Part shown: one piece after another, positions 10,917 through 18,467 of the stretch
Position numbering within the stretch: the first letter of the stretch is position 1
Layout of the letters: each line of letters opens with the position of its first letter
Origin: Chloroherpetonaceae bacterium
Lineage (GTDB): Bacteria > Bacteroidota > Chlorobiia > Chlorobiales > Thermochlorobacteraceae
Reading direction: 5' to 3'
Length of the DNA stretch: 64,000 bases
Assembly (NCBI GenBank): GCA_033763895.1
Contig: JANRJQ010000004.1
Location: forward strand, 804,319-868,318
Notes under the pieces: generated by a model
What the model saw: only the letters and a program-made list of their open reading frames with translations
What the model was told of the DNA's origin: nothing
Databases searched by the model: none
Translations under genes and position numbers: made by a program

Positions 10917-11603
10917 ATGAACGATTTCATTTTTAATTTTTTGCGTTCCATTCATATTCTTGCAGGTTTCACGGCGCTCTTCGCAGGTCCCGTTGCAATG
11001 GTTACGCATAAGGGCGGAAGGAAGCATCGTTTGTCAGGTAAAATATATTTTTGGGGAATGGCGATTGTTGCTGCCACGGCATTGGGGATGTCAATTCTTC
11101 GCACCAATCATTTTCTTCTTTTAATCGCCATTTTCAGTTTTTATTTCTCTCTAACGGGCTATCGGGCACTTTATCAAAAAAAGAGAACCGCTGGCAATGG
11201 AAGTCGATGGGATCGGGATCTTGCGGTGGTTATGCTACTTGCCTCGGCTGTGATGATGATTTACGGCATCATCAATTTTGCTCAATTGGGTGTGGTGATG
11301 ATTGTCTTTGGCGGCATTGGTGCGGTCTTGGGAGTCCAAGATCTTCGCAAGTGGATGACCTTACAGCCTTCGAAATATCAATGGTTTTACGATCATATCG
11401 CGAGAATGGGCGCGTCTTACATTGCCACACTTTCGGCTTTTTCGGTGGTGAATTTCACATTTATACCCGATGTCATTCGTTGGCTTTGGGCAACCGCATT
11501 TGGCACACCCCTTATTATTTACACGGTCAGGCAATACCGAGCGCGGTTTGAAGCAGGTAAAAAGCCTGACGATGTTGCCACCTTTTCAATCAAAGGAGAA
11601 TAG
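10917..11603 (+). CDS. hypothetical membrane protein (about 6 TM)
   Basis: 228-aa ORF with hydrophobic helices throughout. It ends 5 nt before the ABC ATPase gene. Confidence 0.55.
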   Translation: MNDFIFNFLRSIHILAGFTALFAGPVAMVTHKGGRKHRLSGKIYFWGMAIVAATALGMSILRTNHFLLLIAIFSFYFSLTGYRALYQKKRTAGNGSRWDRDLAVVMLLASAVMMIYGIINFAQLGVVMIVFGGIGAVLGVQDLRKWMTLQPSKYQWFYDHIARMGASYIATLSAFSVVNFTFIPDVIRWLWATAFGTPLIIYTVRQYRARFEAGKKPDDVATFSIKGE

Positions 11604-11608
11604 AAGCT

Positions 11609-12313
11609 ATGTCAAATCCGTCACCCATTGAAGACACTTCACTCTCCGCAATTTCCTTTATTGCCCAAGGCATCACAAAACGATATGGATTTAAGCCACT
11701 TTTTTCAAATATTTCTTTTTCACTTCAACGTGGCGAGCGGCTTGCACTTGCCGGCAGAAATGGAAGCGGAAAAACCACCCTGCTTAAAATTCTTTCCGGC
11801 TTGATGCGCCCAAGTGAAGGCACAACACAGTTAACTTTTGACGGAATTATTCTTGAACGCGAATCATACTTCAAACACAGCGGATTTGCCGGCCCTTACT
11901 TAACCTTTTATGACGAACTTACAGGACTTGAAAATATTCAATTTGCTTTAGGCCAAAGCATAAAGAAAACCCATCAAGAGCAATTCGAAATCATCGAGCA
12001 TCTGTTTCAAACCCTGAACTTGTGGCACGCCAGAGATGCAATGCTCAAAACTTATTCTTCGGGAATGATTCAACGGCTTAGGCTCATTCAAGCGTTTGCC
12101 CGACCCGCAAAGCTGCTTTTTTTAGATGAGCCGACCGCCACACTCGATACCGATGGAAAAGCCCGATTTGAAAAACTTTTGGAAGACACGGCACCCCACG
12201 TCATCAGCCTTATCGCCAGCAATGACCCCGACGAAATTTCACTCTGCCAAAAGAAACTACAGATTACCGATTTCTACAGGAAACCTCTTGAGGACACGAC
12301 CCCTCAAAAATGA
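11609..12313 (+). CDS. ABC transporter ATP-binding protein (CcmA-like small ATPase)
   Basis: Walker A GRNGSGKTT, a degenerate signature YSSGMIQR and Walker B LLFLDEPTATLD. No canonical permease gene lies downstream. Confidence 0.8.
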   Translation: MSNPSPIEDTSLSAISFIAQGITKRYGFKPLFSNISFSLQRGERLALAGRNGSGKTTLLKILSGLMRPSEGTTQLTFDGIILERESYFKHSGFAGPYLTFYDELTGLENIQFALGQSIKKTHQEQFEIIEHLFQTLNLWHARDAMLKTYSSGMIQRLRLIQAFARPAKLLFLDEPTATLDTDGKARFEKLLEDTAPHVISLIASNDPDEISLCQKKLQITDFYRKPLEDTTPQK

Positions 12314-12501
12314 ACGGAAATTCCCTATCTTTATTAAATTTATCAGTCTTGCATTTGAATCAATTCATGCCGCTTAACCCAAATATTATTTCTGCGTATC
12401 CTCCTCTTCCTTTGCTGCTTCAACTTCGGCTTAAATTTTTTTTCTCTGCTTTGTCATTCCTCTCCTTCCAATCCTTAACCGCAACTCAGTTGTGAATCGC
12501 T

Positions 12502-14898
12502 ATGCCAAATAACAAAAAACACCGTCGCGATAAGCGATTTGAAAGAGGGAACAAACGCGGTGCCGAGCGGCCTCGCCCCGACGACTTCGATGCCATTCGC
12601 GATTTCCTCATGAAGCAAGGCGAAAAAAGCATCGCCGCGGAAATCGTCAACTTTCTTTCATCGAGAGACACTGAATCGTTTCGCTCTCGCACCATTGCAA
12701 CCGAATTAGGCTACGGCAGCGACACTGATTTGCCCGGCTTTTGGTATGTGCTTCATAAACTGCACGAAGAAGGACGCTTAGAGAAAGACAGCGAAAAGCT
12801 CTACAGCCTTTCAAAATCAAGCAAAGCCGGTGCCGATGAAGTCATCGAAACCGAAACCGCCGCCGCAATCGAAATCAAAAAACCGAAATTCGAACGAGGC
12901 AAAAAATATATCGGCAAAATTTCCACTCACAGCAATGGCTACGGCTTGGTGACCATACCTGAATACGACGAAGAAATTTATGTACCCGCACACGAAGTGA
13001 AGAAAATTCTTCACGGCGATACCGTAGAAGTGGAAGTCACGCTCGTTCCTTTCACCTCGCCGTATCAGCGCGAAGCGTGGTCGAAACGCAGCGAAGGGAA
13101 AATTGTGCGTTTGGTTGAGCGAGGACTTAAGGAAGTTGTCGGAAAAGTCGAGCGTCATAATAAATTTTTCCGCTTGGTTCCCGATAACTCGAAGCTCTTT
13201 GTCAGCATTATCATTCCGCTGAAAGATGCCAAAGAGGCTACGGATGGCGATAAGGTTGTTGTCGATAAACTCGATTTCAAAGACAATGAAACGCTGACGG
13301 GAAAAGTAAAAGAAGTGCTCGGCCGCGCGGGAGATTCAAAAGTCGAAGTGCTTGCGATTGCACGCTCCAAAGGCATCGACGAAACTTTCCCGAAGGCTGT
13401 TGTCAAAGAAGCCGATGCGATTTCAGAGACGATTGACGAGGATGAAATTGCTACCCGCGTTGATATGCGCCAGAAGCTCGTCTTCACCATCGACCCTTAC
13501 GACGCGAAAGACTTCGACGATGCGCTCTCCATCGAATACGGTAAAGATGGCAACTACATCATTGGCATTCACATTGCCGATGTCTCGCACTATGTCACCG
13601 AAGGCTCAAAGCTCGATAAAGAAGCGCAAGAACGCTCAACTTCCGTCTATTTGGTTGATCGTGTGATTCCAATGCTCCCTTCCAACCTATCTGAAAATAT
13701 TTGCAGTCTTGTTCCAAACGAAGATCGGCTCACTTACTCCACCTTCGTGACGATGAATAAAAATGCCGAGGTGTTGGATTATTGGATTGAGAAAACCGTC
13801 ATTCACTCCAAGCGGCGCTTCACTTACGAAGAGGTTCAAGATATTCTTAATGCCGGCAAAGGCGATCATTACAAAGAGCTCTCGGATATGCACAAGCTCT
13901 CAAAGATTATGACCAAGCGGCGAATGGATGAAGGCGCGATTGATTTCGATACCGAAGAAATCAAGTTCAAACTCGATGACACCGGAAAACCCATCTCCGT
14001 TTTTCGCAAACAGCGGCTCGATAGCCACCGGCTGATTGAAGAATTTATGCTGCTCGCTAACCGCACGGTGGCAGCGCATGTGGCCAAGCATTTTCAGCCG
14101 CACGATGAATATGAGAAGAATTATCCCTCGGTTTATCGCATCCACGATTCCCCACATCCCGACCGGATTCGCACCCTCGCTGCATTTGTGAAGAAGCTCG
14201 GCTACACGCTTGAAATCTCCAAGAGCCGCAACCTTTCAGACACCGCGTCATCAAAGGCGTTGCGAAAATTATTGGAAGAGGTGAAGGGTTCGCCGGTGGA
14301 GTTTATGGTTTCGGAAATCACCTTGCGTACAATGGCCAAGGCGATTTACTCCGAAAAGAACATCGGCCATTACGGGCTTGGATTCGAGTATTACTCGCAC
14401 TTCACTTCGCCGATTCGCCGCTACCCCGATCTTATTTTTCACCGGTTGCTCTTTGAATATGAAACGCTTCGGAAAGCACGCAAAAAGCTTGCGAAGGTGC
14501 GGCACGCACGGCTGCTTCGCGAGATTCCCGAAATATGCAAGCACAGCAGCGATCAGGAGCGCAACGCCACCGAAGCCGAACGCGATTCAATTAAGCTCAA
14601 GCAAGTGGAGTTTATCTCCGAACACATCGGCAATACATATCCGGGCGTTGTTTCGGGCGTAACCGAATTCGGCATTTATGTGAAGCTCGATGATATGGGT
14701 GTTGAAGGGCTGATTCATATCAAAAACTTGCTCGATGATTATTATGAATTTGATGAGCGAACTTATTCGCTTGTCGGGAAGCGGCGACAAAAGCGGCTGC
14801 AATTGGGCAAGCGGGTTCAGGTAAAAGTCCACGAAGTTGACCCACGCCGCCGCACGATTGACTTTTTATTGGTGAAATCGGAAGACGAGAAATCTTAG
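12502..14898 (+). CDS. rnr: ribonuclease R (3'-5' exoribonuclease)
   Basis: 798 aa. Basic N-terminus, OB/cold-shock region, RNB catalytic motifs (IDPYDAKDFDDALS, VYLVDRVIPMLP, YSHFTSPIRRYPDL) and a C-terminal S1 domain (YPGVVSGVTEFGIYVKL). Confidence 0.9.
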   Translation: MPNNKKHRRDKRFERGNKRGAERPRPDDFDAIRDFLMKQGEKSIAAEIVNFLSSRDTESFRSRTIATELGYGSDTDLPGFWYVLHKLHEEGRLEKDSEKLYSLSKSSKAGADEVIETETAAAIEIKKPKFERGKKYIGKISTHSNGYGLVTIPEYDEEIYVPAHEVKKILHGDTVEVEVTLVPFTSPYQREAWSKRSEGKIVRLVERGLKEVVGKVERHNKFFRLVPDNSKLFVSIIIPLKDAKEATDGDKVVVDKLDFKDNETLTGKVKEVLGRAGDSKVEVLAIARSKGIDETFPKAVVKEADAISETIDEDEIATRVDMRQKLVFTIDPYDAKDFDDALSIEYGKDGNYIIGIHIADVSHYVTEGSKLDKEAQERSTSVYLVDRVIPMLPSNLSENICSLVPNEDRLTYSTFVTMNKNAEVLDYWIEKTVIHSKRRFTYEEVQDILNAGKGDHYKELSDMHKLSKIMTKRRMDEGAIDFDTEEIKFKLDDTGKPISVFRKQRLDSHRLIEEFMLLANRTVAAHVAKHFQPHDEYEKNYPSVYRIHDSPHPDRIRTLAAFVKKLGYTLEISKSRNLSDTASSKALRKLLEEVKGSPVEFMVSEITLRTMAKAIYSEKNIGHYGLGFEYYSHFTSPIRRYPDLIFHRLLFEYETLRKARKKLAKVRHARLLREIPEICKHSSDQERNATEAERDSIKLKQVEFISEHIGNTYPGVVSGVTEFGIYVKLDDMGVEGLIHIKNLLDDYYEFDERTYSLVGKRRQKRLQLGKRVQVKVHEVDPRRRTIDFLLVKSEDEKS

Positions 14899-14902
14899 GG
14901 CG

Positions 14903-15465
14903 TTGGTGGTTGAGCTTGTCGAAACCACCGTGTCGAGAAAGGGGGCACTTCGACAGGCTCAGCACAAGCATTTCGACAGGCTCAGCACAAGCATTTCGAC
15001 AGGCTCAATGACCCCCTTCACTTTGTCATTTCGAGCGCAGCGAGAAATCTCAGACTCTCAGTACGCCACAACACGAGGTGGTTGAGCTTGTCGAAACCAC
15101 CGCTTCGTTTAGCACAGAACCTAAAGAAGTCATTTCGAGCGCAGCGATAAATCTCGGAACTTCCACACACCAGAGATTTCTCACTCCGCTTCGCTCCGTT
15201 CGAAATGACAGAAAATAAGGCAATAAAGAGGGTGGTTGAGCCTTCTAAACCACCGTGTCGTGAAGGGGGGCATTTCGACAGGCTCAATGACCCCCTTCAT
15301 TTTGTCATTCCGGCGAAGAATGACGCTCGGCAAGCTCGCGATGCAGCGCGTCCGGAATCTGTATGCCCTTCACCTGAAAGAGTCATTTCGAGCGCAGCGA
15401 GAAATCTCGGAACTTCCACACACCAGAGATTTCTCACTCCGCTTCGCTCCGTTCGAAATGACAAA
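14903..15465. repeat. cluster of REP/MITE-like hairpin repeats (several interleaved families)
   Basis: GGTGGTTGAGCYTGTCGAAACCACC occurs 3 times (14905, 15077, 15231). A 22-nt unit CGACAGGCTCAGCACAAGCATTT is tandemly repeated (14951-15010). Two 83-nt hairpin elements differ at 1 nt (15128-15210, 15381-15463), and a partial copy lies at 15025-15051. A GTCATTCCGGC...GTCCGGAATC hairpin is also present. Confidence 0.85.
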
Positions 15466-15493
15466 AAGTTGATTCAATACAAAAAGTGTCCTT

Positions 15494-15527
15494 AAATAAA
15501 AAGAGCGCAATCCTTTCACTTGCGCCC
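15494..15527 (-). terminator. probable rho-independent terminator of the T9SS repeat-protein gene
   Basis: Minus-strand GCGCAA-gtgaaagga-TTGCGC followed by TCTTTTTATTT, about 30 nt after the stop at 15555. Confidence 0.55.
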
Positions 15528-15554
15528 TTAAAGAATATTCTTTATGGTAAATAA

Positions 15555-17849
15555 TTACTTCACCAAAGTCATCTTCATTGTCTTTACAAAACTGCCCGAT
15601 TGCAACCGATAAAAATACACCCCGCTTGAAAGGGATGATGCATTAAATGGCACTTCATATCGACCTGCCTCTTGGCGTTGATTAAGGAGAGTAGCGACTT
15701 TTCTCCCCAGCATATCAAAAACGTCTAACTGAACCACTCCGCTTTGCAGCAATTGATAGGCAATTTGAGTGGTTGGGTTAAAAGGATTGGGGTAGTTTTG
15801 TTCTAACGCATAGGTTGATACTTTTTGCTTTGTTTCGGAGACGGAAAGGGGTGACTGTCTCCACCGCGCAAAGCGCGACGCTGAAACCCCACCAGCGCTC
15901 GTGAAACCACCACCCACAAATACATCACTTCCGCTGACCACAATCGCAGAAACATTCGAATTCACCCCTGTACCCAAGGCATCCCAACTTGTCCCGTTCC
16001 ACAGCGCAAAATAGTCTGCTGCCGCAACCCCCCCGGCGTTCATGAAACCGCCGCCTACATAGATATCGCCGCCGCTGGTTGCAATTTCTTCTACTGTACC
16101 ATTCAGACCTGTTCCAAGCGCATTCCAACTCGTACCGTCCCACCTTGCAATACAATCAGCACTTGCGTTCCCACCTACATCAGAGAAGCCCCCACCTATA
16201 TACACATTGCTACCACTAATTACGATGGCTTTAACCGAGCCATTCCCCCCTATCCCTGTTCCGAGGGAATTCCAACTTGCGCCGTCCCATCGTGCGATAC
16301 GATCTGCATTAGCGTTTCCCCCGGCATTAGTGAACTCTCCTCCTACATACACATTGCTACCACTTGCCGCAATCGCGTAAACCGACCAATTCAAACCTAT
16401 ACCGAGCGCATTCCAATTCGTGCCATCCCATCGTGCGATACGGTCTGCATTAGCGTTCCCACCCGCGTCAGTGAAATTTCCACCCACATAGACATCGTTG
16501 CTACTAACCGCGATGGCAAAAACGGTATTATTCAGCCCCGTACCCAAGGCATTCCAACTTGTCCCGTTCCACCTCGCAATATAGTCTGCCGCAACAATCC
16601 CCCCCGCGTCTGTAAACCAGCCTCCTACATAGACATCGCTGCCGTTTACCGCAATGGCGTTAACCGAGTTATTCAGCCCCGTGCCAAGTGCATTCCAATT
16701 TGTGCCATCCCATCGTGCAATACCTACAGCATTCGGGTTTCCTCCTGCTCTAAAGAAACTGCCGCTTACATAAATATTACTCCCACTAACTGCAATGTCA
16801 GAAATACTACCATTCAAGCCTGTACCTGTACCGAGAGCATTCCAATTTTTGCCGTCCCACTTTGCAAAATGACTTTCGCCTATTATCTCGCCTACATCCC
16901 CGAAGATACCACCGACATACACATCGCTCCCATTGAATGTAATGGCGCGAACCAATCCAGAGGTCCATCCTATTCCGAACTCTTTCCAACTTGTACCGTC
17001 CCACATCGCAATTCCATTCGCATCCAATAACTCCCCGGCGTGCCTAAAATTTCCTCCAACATAGACATTATTTCCGTTGACAGTAATTGTGTAGACCGTA
17101 CCGCTATTGACCCCCGTACCCAGTGCATTCCAATTATTCCCGTTCCAACGCGCGACACCGTCTGCATTAGGATTCCCGCCTGCATCAGTGAACTCTCCCC
17201 CCGCATAGACATCATTCCCGCTAAGTGTAATAGCAAAAACAAAACTATTCAGACCTGTGCCAAGAGAATTCCAACTCGTGCCGTCCCATCTTGCTATATT
17301 GTCGGCATTTGGGTTTCCTCCCGCATTCCAAAATGTACCTCCTACATAAACGTTGCTATCACTAATCGCTATGGCCCAAGCCGTGTTATTCAGCCCTGTG
17401 CCAAGAGAATTCCAATTAGTACCATCCCACCTTGCTATCCAACATATACTGGAATCCCCACCCGAGTCACTGAACTCACCACCTACATAAACATCACTGC
17501 CGCTAACCGCTAAGGCATAAACCTGACCACCATTCAAACCCATACCTAGTGCACTCCAACTTTTCCCGTCCCACCGTGCAACATAATCTGCATTAGGATT
17601 CCCTCCCGCGTCAGTGAACCCGCCGCCCACATAGACATCGTTGCTACTAACCGCGATGGCAAAAACGGTATTATTCAGCCCCGTACCCAAGGCATTCCAA
17701 CTTGTCCCGTTCCACCGTGCAATAAAATCCGCATTTGTTTTCCCTCCTGCAAATCTGAATCCACCGCCCACATAGACATCACTGCCACTAATTGCAATTG
17801 CACTCACAATACCGCCAAATTGGGTGGGTTTCCTCCAAGCCCCTCCCAA
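15555..17849 (-). CDS. T9SS-sorted repeat protein (about 13-14 beta-propeller-like 50-aa repeats), body ORF lacking its signal peptide
   Basis: 764-aa ORF. The repeat ARWDGTSWNALGTGLN..V.AIAVSGS.VYVGG.FT.AGG occurs about 13 times. The C-terminal 80 aa or so (NYPNPFNPTT...GVYFYRL...KMTLVK) matches the Por/T9SS C-terminal sorting domain pattern. The ORF track places the start at a TTG. Confidence 0.8.
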   Translation of the reverse strand: MGGAWRKPTQFGGIVSAIAISGSDVYVGGGFRFAGGKTNADFIARWNGTSWNALGTGLNNTVFAIAVSSNDVYVGGGFTDAGGNPNADYVARWDGKSWSALGMGLNGGQVYALAVSGSDVYVGGEFSDSGGDSSICWIARWDGTNWNSLGTGLNNTAWAIAISDSNVYVGGTFWNAGGNPNADNIARWDGTSWNSLGTGLNSFVFAITLSGNDVYAGGEFTDAGGNPNADGVARWNGNNWNALGTGVNSGTVYTITVNGNNVYVGGNFRHAGELLDANGIAMWDGTSWKEFGIGWTSGLVRAITFNGSDVYVGGIFGDVGEIIGESHFAKWDGKNWNALGTGTGLNGSISDIAVSGSNIYVSGSFFRAGGNPNAVGIARWDGTNWNALGTGLNNSVNAIAVNGSDVYVGGWFTDAGGIVAADYIARWNGTSWNALGTGLNNTVFAIAVSSNDVYVGGNFTDAGGNANADRIARWDGTNWNALGIGLNWSVYAIAASGSNVYVGGEFTNAGGNANADRIARWDGASWNSLGTGIGGNGSVKAIVISGSNVYIGGGFSDVGGNASADCIARWDGTSWNALGTGLNGTVEEIATSGGDIYVGGGFMNAGGVAAADYFALWNGTSWDALGTGVNSNVSAIVVSGSDVFVGGGFTSAGGVSASRFARWRQSPLSVSETKQKVSTYALEQNYPNPFNPTTQIAYQLLQSGVVQLDVFDMLGRKVATLLNQRQEAGRYEVPFNASSLSSGVYFYRLQSGSFVKTMKMTLVK

Positions 17850-18088
17850 GTGCCGCCCGTGTTTTGTGTGCTTGGGAGAAAAATCGGTTCTCCATTTTTG
17901 CCATATTGCATTTGGAATCCCTCTGCCTTAAAGGAGCCTTGCATTCCTTTTTTTATTCGGCCTTGTTCATCTAAGGCATCTTGTAAGGGCTTTTGCTCAA
18001 TGCCTTGCGCAGTAAGGTTTTGGGCAAAAAAAGCGATCGAGAAAATTGTATAGAAAAGTGTAGAGTAGTTTTTCATCGGTAGTTTCAA
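17804..18088 (-). CDS. signal-peptide-bearing 5' fragment of the repeat-protein gene (out of frame with body)
   Basis: 94-aa ORF with signal peptide MKNYSTLFYTIFSIAFFAQNLTAQ. It ends in TWEGLGG, which matches the start of the repeat motif. It overlaps the body ORF by 46 nt in another frame. Confidence 0.55.
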   Translation of the reverse strand: MKLPMKNYSTLFYTIFSIAFFAQNLTAQGIEQKPLQDALDEQGRIKKGMQGSFKAEGFQMQYGKNGEPIFLPSTQNTGGTWEGLGGNPPNLAVL

Positions 18089-18244
18089 ATGTAAGGCGTG
18101 TTGTGGAATACGTTGAAACGGGTTGCAGCGCCTTTCTGCAAGGGTGTTTCAAGGTTTAGCCAAGTTACTGAACATTTTTTGTTTTTTGTGTTATTGTGAG
18201 AATAATTCCTAATCATTTTTTTAAAAGACGGTAAGGTGAGATGC

Positions 18245-18393
18245 GGTGGTTTCGACAGGCTCAACCACCTTATTTTGTGGCGTGCGGATTCCGGACGCGC
18301 TTCGCTTGCCGGAATGACTTGCTGAGGATGTGTGGTGCACGACACGGTGGTTTCGACACTTCGACAGGCTCAGTGCGGCGCAGGCTCAACCAG
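18245..18393. repeat. second REP-like hairpin repeat cluster, inverted relative to 14903-15465
   Basis: GGTGGTTTCGACAGGCTCAACCACC (18245-18269) is the reverse complement of the left-cluster unit. GATTCCGGACGCGCTTCGCTTGCCGGAATGAC (18287-18318) is the reverse complement of the left GTCATTCCGGC hairpin family. A further CGACAGGCTCA copy lies at 18343-18393. Confidence 0.8.
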
Positions 18394-18467
18394 CTCACTT
18401 TTTAAGTGTTAATCCTTTTCATCCTTCAATCCTTCAATCCTGATTCAGACATGCTTCTTTCATCACG

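Noticed and set aside
11051-11551. 166-aa Cys/Gly-rich ORF in an alternative frame inside the 10917-11603 membrane-protein gene
   Set aside because: It is fully nested in a better ORF whose product has coherent TM helices. The composition is a frame-shifted shadow.
14903-15495. ORFs 14903-15085 (+), 15018-15287 (-), 15205-15495 (+) and 15236-15472 (+) with SLSK/FDRL/SFRAQREIS-like peptides
   Set aside because: They lie entirely within the REP-like hairpin repeat cluster. The peptides are translations of palindromic repeat units read on both strands, so they are not credible genes.
18085-18345. 86-aa minus-strand ORF upstream of the repeat-protein gene
   Set aside because: It runs through the second hairpin-repeat cluster and the promoter region. 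It has no coding-like features.
18400-18467. Short tandem ATCCTTCA repeats (atccttcaatccttcaatcct) downstream of the ABC-F gene
   Set aside because: There are only about 2.5 copies of an 8-9-nt unit, with no structure or conservation argument. This is a trivial microsatellite.
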